A stretch of DNA of 64,000 nucleotides from an uncultured Candidatus Binatia bacterium (GCA_965213675.1 OZ243916.1:3648001-3712000); one strand, 5' to 3'. Positions 51,101 to 64,000 are shown, numbered from the stretch's first letter. Numbers and translations: made by a program. The notes: generated from the letters alone by a model not told the origin.

Positions 51101-54100
51101 GTCACCGTGACCTGCGCCTTGTCGCCCGGCGTCTGCTCGCGGAGGCGAAGGTCGCTGCCGCCCGCGAGCGACACCGGGGTCGGGAGGTTGTCCACCACCT
51201 GAACGCTCGCCGAAGCGCCGCCGTAGCGGGGCGCGAGCGTCGCCGTCACCGCGCCGTCCGGCCGGTCCGCGGGGAAGGCCTTCGTGTTCACGCTGAACCG
51301 CTTGCTGCCGCCCGCCGGCACGATGACCTTGCGGGTGAGGAACTGGCCGGCAGCCACCACATCGCCGCCATCGCCGATGCGCACCTCGACCGCCACGTCG
51401 CCGCCGAGGGCATTGGTGGCGCTCACCGTGAATGCGGCCGCGTTGCCCCCGACCACGCGCGCCGCGACCGGCGCGACGGTGAACGCCGCCCCGGCGATGC
51501 GCGCCGGCGCCGCACCCACCGTCACCCCAACCAAGGCGACGCCATACTCGGTGCCGCCGGAACCGCCGTAATTGCTGTCGGCCGAGGACACGTCGTGGGT
51601 CACCGTCGCCCGCCCCGGCGAGAGCCCCGACACCGCAATCGTCTTCTCCGTGTTCCACTCGTTCGGCTGGAAGGTGACCGCCGCACCGCCCCGGAGCACC
51701 GCGCCGCTGTCGGCCACCCGCGGGGTCACGGTCACCGGGTGCGTCGGCCGGCTCAGGAGGCGCAGCGTGTACCCGGCCGTGGCCCCTTCGGACAGCTCGA
51801 GCGCACGCGTCGATGCCATCACCCCATGCCCGGCGTCGCGGTGGGTGACGGTCACCGACGGCGCGCTGGAAACCCCCGGGTAGCCGGTCACCGCATGGGT
51901 GAGGGTGACGGTGCTGTCCTGGATCACATCCGCATCGGCGAGGGCGGTGACCGCCACCGACTGCGCCTCGCTCCAGATCCTATCCCCGCGCGTGGTGAAG
52001 GTGAGCTGCGCCGGTTCGACCCGCACCCGGGCGGGATCGCTGGAGGTGATGTCCACCGTCACATCCTGGCCGGGGTCGCTGCCGAGCCAGAGGAAGTAAC
52101 GCCCCGGCGGGCCGTTCTCCAACACCCGCAAGAAGTTGTGCGAGACCCGCACCCTGGGGGCGCCGGAGGCGGGCACCACCCGGTCGCGCAACTGGATGAA
52201 TGCCGCGCTGCCCCTGGCCGCCGTGCCCCGAGCCCCCGTGCCGGTCTCCAGGTCCAGGTTGCTGTCGAGCGTGCCCATCCACAGGGTGAACGCTTCCCTT
52301 GTCTCCGCCGCGCCGTCCTCGAGCGCCGCGAGCGACAGCGTCGCGGTGGTCACCACCGCATCGTCCGAGCCGGGGAACACCACCGCCGGCTGGTGGGAGC
52401 TGTACGGCGCCGAGATGGCGAGCGAGACGCCGCTGCTGCTCGCGCCGGCGTCGAGGGTGAGCGTGTAATCGGACGAGTCCACGCCGGTGCCCGCCACCAC
52501 GAGCGGTACCGTCACCGTCTCGCCCGCCCGCAGCCCGCGACCGAGGGTGAGCGTCGCGCTCGTCCCGTCGCCCTCGACCAGATCATCCCCGCCGGCCAGC
52601 GCGAAGGTCACCGCCGTCGGATTGCCGTCGATGACCGTCACTGTCGCCTCGGCGCCCTTGGCCAAGGTTGCGGGAAAGCCGCTGCCAAAGCCGATGGTCA
52701 GGGTCTCGTTCTGCTCATCAACATCGTCCGGCAGCGCCCACAGCTGGTAGGTGCGGGCGTAGTCGGGGGCCCGGAACGCGATCCGCGCCGGCAGGTCGAG
52801 CCGATAATCCGCCGCGGTCACCCCCGACACCGACAGCAGGTTGGCCGTGTCCACCAACACCCGCCCGGTGGCGCCGGTCAGGCGGAGCGTGACATCGCGC
52901 CACGCGCCTTCCCGAAGCGCGCCCCCGGCCAGCGACAGGTTCAGCACCGGCTTCGCCGCCGCAGTCACGGTCACCACCACCGGATCGATCGAAAGATCCG
53001 TGCCATAGCCGCCGCCGGCCGCATAGGTCACCGCATGGCCAATACTCACCGGACCGCCCGGGGCGACGCCTTCGACGGTGACGGTCTGCGGCTCCTGCCA
53101 GTTCCCGGCGTCGAAAATCAACCGGCCCGTGCTGCCGTTCTTGTTCGCCTGGATGCCGGCCGTGTTCGGATCCTCGCTGGTCGGCGTGATCGCCACCGCG
53201 CCCACAGGCGCGCTCGTCAGGCGCAGCGTGTAGCTCGCCGCAGCGCCGCTTGCGACCGTCACCCTGCCGGCGCCGACCGTCACCCCGGCCGTGTCGTCAT
53301 CGGTGATCGAGAAACTCACGCCGCCGGACCCCGACGCGCCGCCGTCGAGCCCTCGGCCAGAGTCCCCGTCCAGCGCGCCGAGCGCCACCGACACCGTCTC
53401 CGACGCGCCTTCGTCGATCTCGTCCGCCATCGATTCGAGGGTGAACGACGCGCTCGGCGACGCGCCCGCCCCGCCGGTGAACATCACCGACGCCGCGCCG
53501 CTCGCCAGGTTGGTGTGGGTGACTCCGCTTGCCGCCTGGCCTTCCTGCACGCGCACCGCATAATCGGTGCCGCGCGTCGCCGCCCCGCCGAAGGTCAGGG
53601 GCACCGTCAGGCGCTCTCCTGCAACCAGCGCGCGGCCGAGCGCCACGGTCACCACCTTGTTGCTGCCGTCCTCGGCGATATCCCCCGCCGACGTGGACAG
53701 GGTCACTGCGGTCGCGTCGTCGTCGATCACCGCCACCGCCAGCACGGAAGCCACCATGGCGCGGTAGAACGGGTCGACAGAGGTCGCCGCATGGCTGATC
53801 TCCACCTCACGGCGCGACACATCATCCACCTGGTTGTCCACCGCGTGCACCGTCACCGTCTGTGCGTCGTCCCAGTTGGCCGGGGTGAAGGTCAGCGTCT
53901 TCGTCGCGGCCGCCGCCGGCGAGCCCGTCGTGCCGACCTCGACGCCGGCACCGCTCGTGACCGTCACCGTCACATCGTGGGTCGGTTCGGCGCTCAGGAC
54001 CACCTCGTAGGTGTCCTCCGTCCCGTCCTCACCGGCCACGGTCGAGCCGCCGCTTTCCGTTATCGCGATGCCGGCGGAGGAATCCACGATGCGGAACTCG

Positions 54101-57100
54101 GCCAGGCTGTCGGTCGTATCCACACCGCCGGCAAGGCCGGTGGGCACGAGCGTGCCGAGGCCGATATCGACGGTTTCCGGCGTCGCCTCTTCCGTCCCGT
54201 CCCGGACCGCCGTCAGGGTGAGGGTAGCGGTGGTCGCCGTCGCCCCGGAGTCCGGGCCGGTGAACACTACGCTCGCCGTCCCGCTGTCGAGCTGGTTATA
54301 GGCGACGCTGGCCGCCGTCGCACCGACCAGGGTGTAATCCGTGCCGCGCACCGCCGTGCCGGCGAAGGTGAGCGGCACGGTAAGCGCCTCGCCCTGCACC
54401 AGCCCGCGGTCGAGGGTCACGGTAATCTCCCGCGTCTGCCCCTCGCCCAGATCGCCCGAGGCGGCGGCGAGCACCACCCCCGTCGGATCATTGTCCGTAA
54501 CCCGTACGACCAGTTCGCGCGCCTTCTGGTGCTGGAACCTCACATCCGCCGAAGTGGCCGTGTGCGTGACCGACACCGTCTTGCCCGGGTCGTCGGCCGG
54601 ATCGTCGGTCGCCGTCAACGTGACCGTCTGGCCCGTCCGCCAGTTCGACCGGGTGAAGGTGAGCGTCTTCGTCGCCGCCTGCGTCGGCGAGCCGGCCGTG
54701 CTCACCCTGGCGCCATCGCCGGCGGCGACCGTCACCGTCACATTCTGCGAGGGCCGTCCGGTCGAGCTGTCAAACTGCACGCGGTAATTCGCCGTCCCGC
54801 CCTCGGTCAGCGCCAGGCTGCGCGTGGAGACCACCAGCTTGTCGGCGTCGACCACACGAAAGAGCGCGCCGCTCTGCCGCCGGTCGGGCTCGAGGCCGCC
54901 GCCGAGATTGGTCAGCGCGGCCGAGGCCAGCCCGCGAAAGTTCACCGTAATGTTTGCATCGGTGCTGTCGTTGGGAGCCCGCTCGGCCCGGGCGGTCAGG
55001 TGCAGGGTGGCCGACCGGGGCGTGTCGGTCCCGCCGGTGAACTCCACGGCATAGACGGCCACGTTCGGCGGTGTGCGTTGCCCGGTCAGTTTGCCGCTGC
55101 TCGGGCCGAACAGCCACACGCCCTCGGCGAGCTTCTGGGTGTCGGCAGCGAGCGCGGCACTGTCCGCCCCGTCGGCGTGGACGATCACATCGCGGCGATT
55201 GGCCGCACCGGAGAGAAAATCCCTCGCCCCGGTCGCGAATCGCAGCTGCACCAGCGCCCGCTCGCCGGCGACCAGCTCCCGCCCCAGCTCCACCACCAGC
55301 ACACCGGTTCGGCTCTCCACGCCCTCGGTCATCGAGCGGGAACCGCGGAGCGCCACGGGGGTCGGCTCGTCGTCGACCACCTCGATGCTGCCCGCGCTCC
55401 GGTCCGACACCCGGTAGCCCGTGCCGGTGGTGGGGGTCACCGTCAGGGTGCCGTTCGGCGCATCGCCGGCCACATCGATGCTCGCCGCCGTGATCTCGAC
55501 GCTGCCGCTGGTCGGCACCACCACCGAGCCCGTCGACGCTGCCGCATGGCCGCGCGTGCCCGACACCTGGTAGTTCACCGTCACCGGCGCGGCCGGGGGC
55601 ACGAGCAGACGGACGGTGAAGGTCGCCGCCGTGCCTTCGGGGACCGAGTCCTGCTTCGCCTCGACCCGCACCTCCGGCGTTTCATCGTCGAGCAGGCGGA
55701 GGGACGTATCGGTGAAGGTGGCGCCGGCCAGGGTCCCGGTCAGGCTGATCGTCTCTTCCGGCTCGCTCAGGGAATCATTCACCGGCGCCAGCGGGAACTC
55801 GACATAGCCGCTCGTTGCACCCTGGCGGAGGGTGATCGTCTGATCCGGAACATTCGCGTAGTCGGTGACCTCCTCCGCACTGTCGCTGGCCTCGCCCACC
55901 CGCACCGTCACCACCTGGTCCGTGTCGAACCGGGATCCATCGTCGATGGTCGCCGTCACCCGCACCGTCTTCGTCCCGCCATTCTCCCGCACGGCGTCCT
56001 GCACGCCGGCGCTGTCCGTATCCGCATCCACCGTCAGGGTGATGGCCGACGGCGACCCGTCATCGTCCACCACCACCACACTCGCCCGGTCGGAATCGGC
56101 GCCCACCGCATAGCCGGCGCCGCCGGCAAGGGTGACCGAGATCGCGCCCGCGGCCTCGGTGGTGGTGTCGTCATCGGTCTCGACCGCGATCGTCGCCTGG
56201 TCCTCGCCGGCCTTCAGGATCACCTGCCGGTTGCCGGTCTGCCCCGCCGCCGCGACATCGCCTTCCTGCGCGACGCCCAGCGCCACCATCAGATCCCGCG
56301 CCGGGGCGAAGTCGGCGCTCAGCGTGAACTCGGCATCGTTGCCCTCGCTCACCTCCGTCCCCGCCGCGCGCACGCGCAGCGTCGGCTCGGCCCCGTCGAT
56401 GAGCACCTTCGCGACGGAGCGACTCACATCCACGGCATAGCCGTCGCCCGGGAACAGCGTCGCCCGCACCCAGCCGTCGGTCTGGTGGCTGTCGTTCTCC
56501 TCGGTCTGGATCCGCAGCGTCGCGCTCGCGCTGCCGCCCGCCAGCACCAGGCTGTACTCCCGAATCGCGGTCGCGGACACATAGCTGCCCTGTTGCGTGA
56601 CGCGGACCTTCAGCGGCAGGTCGTTCTCCACCGTGGCATCGGCGCCGAAGGTGAACACCACCGTCTCGCCCTCATGCACCGACGCGGCCGCCTCGACGCC
56701 GACCGTCACCGGATCGTTGTCGACGATCTCCACCTTCGTCGCGGCGCTCGCGCCCACCTTCGTATGCGCCCCCGCCGTCAGCACCAGCGTGAAGTGCTCC
56801 TCGAAGTCCGGGACATTGTCGTCCAGTGCCCCGACCGTGATCACCTGCCGGCTCGCCCCGCCCGGGGCGAAGGTCAGCGTGCCGCTCGCGCCGCTGTAGT
56901 CGCCTTCCCCGGCGGTGTCGCCGTCGCCGGCCGGAGCAAAGGTCACCGTCGCCGGCAGCAGCGAAGTGGCGCTGCCGCCCTGCGCAACGACGACCCCCAC
57001 CGTGCCGCCCTCGCTCACCCGGTACTGCCCGCTCTGGAAGCCGTATTGCGGCAGGTCGGCGTCGTCGATGATGGTGCCCACCGCCTCGTAGTCGGTGGGG

Positions 57101-60100
57101 TGCAGCGGACCGTGGGTGGATGAGACCAGGCGCACCGTGAACCGGTGGTCCGACTCGTAGACATTGTCGTCCACCGTCGGCACCGAAAGCGTGCCGCTTG
57201 TCCGCCCCTGCGCAATCACGACCGCGCCGCCACGCGCCCCCCGGAAATCGTCGGGCGCCGTCGCCCGGGAATACGCCGCACCGCCCGTGCCCCCGGCAAT
57301 GGTGTAGCGCACCGCCACGCCGCCCGCCGGCGCCGCGTTCGGCAGCGTCACCGTGAATACAAGCGCCTCGCCCTCCGCCGCGGACGCGTCCGAGAGGGCG
57401 ACGCCCACGTCGTTGTCGATGACCGTCAGCGTCGGCGCGCTGCTCGCGCTCGACGCCGTCACCGTGCCGGTCAGTTGCGTGGCAAGACCGGCGTCGGACA
57501 GGTTGCCCAAGCTGACCGTGAAGGTGTCGTCCGTGCGGTTGCCGTCGTCCCGGCCGGTCGCGCCGAGCTGGACCTCGGCCACCTGCTCGCGGCCCGCGCC
57601 GCCAGTGAAGCGCACCTTTGGCGCCGTGGTGGCCGCATCATGCAGTGACACCCCGGCGCCGGTCGCCGACAGCACCTGGATATGCGGCTGGGATTGCCCC
57701 GGCAGCGACAGGGCGCTGGTCGTCGAGAACGCCAGCGGCACCTCCACCACTTCGCCGGCCACGAGGTCGCGCTCCAGCGTCACCACCACCGACCCCGTGT
57801 CGCCCGGCGCCTCCTCGAACAGGCGCACATCGCTGCCGCCCGTGAGCGCAACCGTGAACGGGTTGTCGTCGTCGAACAGCGTCAGCGTCGCCACGTTGTC
57901 GCCAGCGGCTGTGGTCACCGCCTCGCTCAGGTTCGTCGCCAGCCCGCCGGCGGCGAGGTCGCCGAGCCCGACCGTGAAGGTGTCGTCGCTGGTATCGCCG
58001 TCGTCCTGATTCGTGGCCGCAATCTGCACTTGCGCGACCTGCTCGGTGCCCGCGCCGCCGGTGAAGCGCACCGTCGGCGTCGTGGTGGTCGCGCCTTGTA
58101 ATGTCACGCCCGTGCCGCTCGCCGACAGCACCTGAACGTGCGGCTGGGACCCGCCCGGCAGCACCACGCCGCTCGTTGAGGCGAACGCCAGCGGCGCCTC
58201 CACGATCTCGCCGGCCGCAAGGTCGCGCTCCAGCGTCACCGTCACCGATGCGGTGTCGCTCGGAAGCTGCTCGACCACGCTCAGGTCGCCGCCGCCCGCC
58301 AGCGACACCTCGAACGCCTCCTGGTTGTCCACCAGCGTCAGCCTCGCCTGATTGCTGCCGCCGGTCGCCACCGCGCCGCCCGACACCGTCGTGCCGAGCG
58401 TCGCGGCGGCAAGGTCGCCGAGCCCGACCGTGAACGTGTCGTTCGTCAGGTTGGCGTCGCGGGTGGCGGTCGCGGCCATCTCGACCGTGGCGACCCGCTC
58501 GGTGCCCGCACCGCCGGTGAAGCGCACCACCGGCGCCGTCGTGGACGCGCCTTGCAAGGTCACGCCCGTACCGCGCGCCGTCACCGCGATGTGCGGTTGC
58601 GCCGCGCCCGGCAGCGCCACGCCGTCGGTCGTTGCAAAGGCCAGCGGCACCTCCACCACCTCGCCCGCCGCCAGGTCGCGCCCGAGGGTCACCGTGACCT
58701 GGGCCTTGTCGCTCGGCGTCTGCTCGCGCAGGCGCAAGTCGCCGCCGCCCGCGAGCGATACCGGGGTCGCGATGTTGTCCGCCACCGCAACGCGCGCCGA
58801 CGCGCCGCCGTAGCGGGTCGCGAGGGTCGCTGTCACCGCGCCGTCTGGACGGTCCTGGCCGAAGGACTTCGTGCCCACGCTGAACCGCTTGCTGCCGCCC
58901 GCCGGCACGATGACCTTGCGGGTGAGGAACTGGCCGGCGGCCACCACATCGCCGCCATCGTCGATGCTCACCTCGACCGCCACGTCGCCGCCGAGGGCAT
59001 TGGTCGCGCTCACCGTGAATGCGGCAGGATTGCCCCCGACCACACTGGCCGCGGCCGGCGCGACGGTGAACGCCGCCCCGGCGATGCGCGCCGGCGCCGC
59101 GCCCACCGTCACCCCAACCAAGGCGACGCCGCGGACCGTTCCGCCGGAACCGCCGTAATTGCTGTCGGTCGAGGACACCTCGTGGCTCACCGTCGCGCGT
59201 CCCGGCGAGAGCCCCGACACCGCAATCGTCTTCTCCGTGTTCCACTCGTTCGGCTGGAACGTGACCGCCGCACCCGCCTTGAGCACCGCGCCGCTGTCGG
59301 TCACCCGCGGGGTGAGGGTCACCGCATGGGTCGGCCGGCTCTTCAGGCGCACCGTGTACTCGGCCGAGGCCCCTTCGGACACCTGGAGCGCGCGCGTCGA
59401 TGTCATCACCCCGTGCCCGGCGTCGCGGTGGGTGACGGTCACAGCCGGCGCGCTGGACACGCCCGGGTAGCCGGTCACCGCATGGGTGAGGGTGACGTTG
59501 CTGCCCTGAATCGCATCCGCGTCGGGCAGGGCGGTGACCTCCACCGCCTGCGCCTCGCTCCAAATCGTCTCGCCGCGCGTGGTGAAGGTGAGCTGCGCCG
59601 GTTCAACCCGCACCCGGCCGGCATCGCCGGAGGTGATGTCCACCGTCACCGTCTGGCCGGGGTCGCTGCCGAGCCAGAGGTGGTAACGCCCCGGCGGGCC
59701 GTTCTCCACCACCGTCATGGCGGTCGGGCTGACCCTCACCCTGGGGGTGCCGTCGCCGGGCGCCACCTTGGGCGCCACCTTGTCACGCAACTGGATGAAC
59801 GCCGCGCCGCCCCTGGGCACCGTGCCCGTAGCCCCCGTGCCGGTCTCCCGGTCCAGGTTGCTGTCAATTGTGCCCATCCACAGCGTGAACGCTTCCCTGC
59901 TCTCCGCCGCGCCGTCCTCGATCGCCGCGAGCGCCAGCGTCGCGGTCGTCACCGCGGCATCGTCCGAGCCGGTGAATACCACCGCAGGCTGGTCGGCGCT
60001 GTACGGCGGCGAGGCGGAGAGCGATACGCCGCTGCTGCTCGCGCCGGCATCAAGGGTGAGCGTGTAGTCGTCGCCGTCCACACCGGTGCCGGCCACGGTG

Positions 60101-63100
60101 AGCGGCACCGTCACCGTCTCGCCGGCGAGCAGCCCGCGCCCCAGGGTCACCGTCACGCGCGTCTCGTCGCCCTCGACCAGCTCGTCTTCGCCCGGAACGG
60201 CGAAGGTGACCGGTGTCGGATTGCCGTCGATGACCGTCACCGTCGCCTCCGTGCCCTTGGCCAAGGTTGCGGGAAAGCCGCTGCCGAAGCCGACCGTCAG
60301 GGTCTCGTTCTGCTCATCGGTATCGTCGGGCAGCACGAACAGCCGGACGGTGTGCGCATAGTCGGGCGCCCGGAACGCGATCCGCGCCGGCAGGTCGAGC
60401 CGGTAATCCGCCGCGTTCACCCCCGACACCGACAGCAGATTGGCCGTGTCCACCAACAGCCGCTGCGTCGTCGCGCCGGTCACGCTCAGCGTGAGGTCGG
60501 CCCACTCGCCTTCCGCCATGACATCCCCTGCAAGCGACAGGTTCAGCACCGGCTTCGTCGCCGCGGCCACGGTCACCGACACCGGATCGATCGACAGGTC
60601 CGTGCCATAGCCGCCGCCCGCCGCGTAGGTCACCGCATGGGTGACGTTCACCGGACCGCCGCCGGCGACGCCCTCGACGGTGACGGTTTGCGGCACCTGC
60701 CAGTTCTCCGCGTCGAACACCGCCCACTTGGCACGAGTTCCTTCGATGGCCTTGATGCCGACCACCTTGTCGTCATCGCTCGTGGGCGTGATTGCCACCG
60801 CACCCACAGGCTCGCTCGTCAGGCGCAGCGTGTAGCTGTCCTCCCCGCCGCTTGTCACCGTGACCGCGTTGGTGCCGACCGTCACCCCGGCGGTGTCGTC
60901 ATCGGTCACGGTGACGCTGACGCTGCCGGCGTCGGGAATCGCGTAGGTGGCGTCGTTGGAGGTCGCCACGTGGGCGATGGTGACGGTGCGGGCATCGCCC
61001 GCGTTGTCGATGTCGTCATCGACGCCGGTGACGGTGATGGTCTGCGCGGTGCTCCAGATGCCGCTGCCGGCCGGCGTGAAGGTGAGCGTCTGGGTCTTGC
61101 CCGTCGTGCCGCCCACGGTGTTCACCTGCACGCCGTCGCCGGCGGTCACCGTGATGGTCACGTTGGCGGTCGGCGCGCTGCCGAGTTCCACCGTGTAGCT
61201 CTCCGTGGTGGTGCTGCTGCCGCCGTCGTCGCTGACGATGGTCTCGTCGTCAGACTCCTTGATGATGACGCCGGGGGTGAAATCGTCGTCGGTGATGGTC
61301 ACTGTCGCCGTGCCCGTGGAGGTGGTGCCCTCCCTGCCCATGACCTGTACAAAACTGTCGTCCAATTCCCGGTCGAGGTTGCTCATCACCGCCCGGTTGC
61401 GTTTGCCGAAGTCCACCGTGAGCGCTTCCGAGCTGCCTTCGTTGTCGGCGTCCTGCTGCGCGGTGACGGTGAGTGTCGCGACTTGCACCGTGTTCGAGTC
61501 TTGACCGGTGAACACCACCGCCGGCGCGGACGCGCTGTGCGGGGCGCTGGTGCTGAGCTTGACCCCTGTGTTGACGCTGCTGCCGGGCTTCAGCGCGATC
61601 TCGTAATCGGATGCGGTGATGCCCGTGCCCGACACGGCGAGTGGCGCCGTCACCGACTCGCCGGCGATGAGGTTGCGGCCCAGGGTCACGGTGATGTCGG
61701 CCCCGTCGCTGCCGTCCTCCTTCACCGTGCCGGCGCCCGCCAGCGTCACCGAGGTGGGGTCGTCGTCGTAAATCGTGAGGGTGGCCGTGGTGCCCGCCCG
61801 AAAACCCGGAGGCAGGTTCTGCCAGCCCACCGTCAGCGTCTCGTTCGACTCGTCAACGTCGTCGTCGTTGATGTCAAACTTACTGTTGTCCGTATAGGGA
61901 TGGGAGAAAGAGTGGTAATTCACCCTTGATGCGAGCGTATAGTCCGACTCGGTGACACCTTCGCCAGTGATTGTCAGCCTACTCGTTCCCCCCGGCAGAA
62001 TGAACCCTGACGTGGCGCCGGTGGCCGTCACTAACAGATCGGTAGAAGCCCTGTTCGGCCTGTGCCTGACGCGTGTGTTCAGCGTTTCAGAGACTCGGGT
62101 GGACTGAAACCGAAGATCCAGCACCTGGCGCGTATCGACAGTGACCGTGACGCTGCCGGCGACGGCGATGACGTAGTTGCTGTCGGTGGAGGTTACCGCG
62201 TGGCTGATGGTGGACGAGCCGTCCTCCTTGCCGGTCACCGTCACCGCCTGCGGGATGTTCCAGTTGCTCGTGGAGAAGGTCAGGGCGCCGGACACCGCGG
62301 CGTTGGCCGCCGCGCTCGAGGTCGGCGTGACCGTCACCGGGTAGTTCGGCCGGCTCTTGAGCACGACCTCGTAGGTCTTGGCTTCGTCGCTGCCCTGCAC
62401 CGACAGCATCGATTCGGACAGAATGACCCCGTGGCCCGCGTCGGTGGCGGTGACGGTCACGTCGTCGATGTCGATCCCGTGGTAAGGATTGTTGTTGTCC
62501 GAGGCCACGGCCGCGGCGTGGGAGATGATGACGGTCTCAGTCGCCACGTCGCCGTCGTTTACGGCGCGCACCGTAACCGTCTGCGGCTCGTCCCAGTTGC
62601 CGGCGTTGCCGTCGGTGAAGGTGAGGGTGCTCTGGTTGCCCGCCATGGCGCTGTCGGTGTCCACTTCAACGACGCTGGGGTCGCGGGAGGTGACGGTCAC
62701 GACCACTTCCGCGCCGGGGTCGGTGTGGAGCGCCAGCGTGTAGGTTTTCTCGGCGTCGGTGGGGTGCAGCTCGGTGAGCGCGAGGCTCGCGGTGGAGGGC
62801 GTCACGCCGTCCGTGTCCTCGATGCTGAATTCGTCGAGGCTGTCGGTCTCGCTCGTGCCGCCGTCGAGGCCGGTGCTCGCGAGCGTGCCGAAGCCGATAT
62901 CGACGGTTTCCGGCGTGCTCTCCAAGGTGTCGTCCGCCGCCGCGGTCAGGGTGATGGTGGCGGTGGTCGCCGTCTCGCCAGTGTTCGGGCCGGTGAAGAC
63001 CACGTTGGCAGCGCCGCTGTCGAGGTTGTTGTAGGCGACGCCGTCCGCCGCGGCGCCGGTCATCGTGTAATCCGTGCCGCGCGTCGCCGTGCCGCCGAAG

Positions 63101-64000
63101 GTGAGCGGCACGGTCAGCGTCTCGCCGCTGACCAGGCCGCGGCCGAGGGTGATGGTGAAGTCCCGCGTCTGGCCCTCGGTCAGGTTGCCCGAAGCGGTGG
63201 AGGCGAGGGTGACGGTGGTGGGGTCGTCGTCGGTGATGGCGACGGTGATGTCCTCGATGATCATTCTCTCGAAACCGCGGGTTGTTTTGTGGGTTATCGT
63301 CGCAGTGCGAGGGCCGCCGGGATTGTCAATGTCGTCGTCCACTGCGCTGACGTCGATCTTCCTGGGACTGCTGAGCCCATCTGAAAAGCCGCCGAGCCCA
63401 GTGAAGTTCAAGGTTGCCGTCCCCGCCGGTTGATTGCCGCCGAAGGACACCTGCAGCCCTTCACCGGCGGTGGCGATAAAATCCGTTATAAGAAAAGGGT
63501 TGGCTTCCACCATCTGCACCTGATAGGAGTCCGTCGCGCCCGATTCAACCACCGCGGTGGAACCGTCGGACTCGGTCAAAACCACGCCATCGTCGTCAAG
63601 AATGTTGATCGTCAGTGTTGGGTTCGCACCCCTTTCCACGCCTGTGTCCAGGTTGATGATCCTGGCTAAGATGCGCTCTAGTCCTTCAAGGATGTCGTCA
63701 TCGACCGTCATGACCGTCGCGCTGGCGGTGGTAGCGCCTGCGGCAATCGTCAGGCTGAAGTCTGCGTGTTCCCCATTGATCGGGTCGCCGGTCACCGGGT
63801 CAACAAAGTCTGCAGCGACAGTGGCGTTGTCGCCTAGCAGCCAGATTTCAATGGGGGTGTCGGTATCGCGCGCCTCGGAGAGCTCGACGGTCACCTGTAG
63901 TGATTCGCCCTCCTCGACATCGGCACTTTCCTCGGTGAAGGAGACCGTTACGATATCGTCGTCGTGAATAATGAGAGATGCTGTCGACGCCGAGCCTACC
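27174..64000 (-). CDS. Giant Calx-beta/Ig-like repeat surface protein with C-terminal autotransporter-type beta-barrel; 5' end outside the window; one frameshift at 49212
   Basis: ORFs 49084-63894 and 27174-49235 join into one frame if G49212 is removed, and the frame stays open to the window end. It has dozens of ~110-130 aa Thr/Val/Asp-rich domains ending in xDDD/xDND and canonical Calx-beta motifs (ATxGxDY...GTLTFxPGETEK...DExF). The C-terminus has WLSRFGRTVA followed by amphipathic strands ending in IEFTIRW. Confidence 0.9.
28464..28511 (-). repeat. 4 x 12-nt imperfect tandem repeat encoding (GGHL)4
   Basis: Protein reads RFGGHLGGHLGGHLGGHLPG; the copies differ only at synonymous positions. 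Confidence 0.9.
33874..34998 (-). repeat. 3 x 375-nt (125-aa) near-identical tandem repeat inside the giant gene
   Basis: Units start at about 33874, 34249 and 34624. Each encodes AGVSxSQTTRTVAENGG...DSEP.SNVVITVTSGDGTVVKLDGPD...TATDDD. Confidence 0.92.
46500..60905 (-). repeat. Large internal direct duplication: about 46500-53305 and about 54088-60905 (offset ~7.59 kb)
   Basis: Matching sequence at a near-constant offset (46753/54341 and 49009/56597 = 7588; 51284/58871 = 7587; 52668/60267 = 7599). The protein translations are near-identical. Confidence 0.93.

Noticed and set aside
46500-60905. Diversity-generating retroelement (template/variable repeat pair)
   Set aside because: Both copies are coding and kilobases long, the differences are not confined to adenines, and there is no reverse transcriptase in the window.
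30021-63384. Very long plus-strand ORFs (e.g. 49009-57123, 44547-49253, 35391-39983, 58552-61929)
   Set aside because: Antisense shadows of the GC-rich, codon-biased giant gene. They are Arg/Gly/His-rich with no recognisable motifs.

Overview
GC-rich bacterial DNA in three blocks. (1) 1-2.3 kb: the 5' end of mfd, then a decayed defence/mobile patch with a collapsed type I R-M hsdM relic, an intact DUF433 (VapB45-like) antitoxin with a truncated PIN toxin, and nested IS3/IS30 fragments. (2) 2.4-26.9 kb: a dense catabolic region. It holds a UbiD decarboxylase/crotonase/acyl-CoA ligase operon, several orphan solute-binding proteins, and a TbpB-like lipoprotein. It also holds an unusual same-strand cluster TctC-VOC-HDO-GGT-HDO-HDO-VOC with three heme-oxygenase-like diiron (CADD/PqqC-fold) paralogues, and a convergent arm FAH-amidohydrolase-MaiA-DASS-TauE-SBP5-DHDPS-like aldolase. 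(3) 27.2-64 kb: one giant minus-strand Calx-beta/Ig-like repeat protein with a C-terminal autotransporter-type barrel. It has at least about 12,270 codons, starts beyond the window, is split by a single extra base at 49212, and contains a ~6.8 kb internal duplication and a 3x375 nt tandem repeat. The gene content resembles marine (e.g. sponge-associated) Binatia/deltaproteobacteria-like genomes, but that is inference only. The best candidate for an undescribed system is the triple-HDO/GGT/VOC cluster; the giant adhesin is the most striking structure. No rRNA, tRNA or CRISPR array was seen. All calls come from motif recognition by eye; no searches were run.
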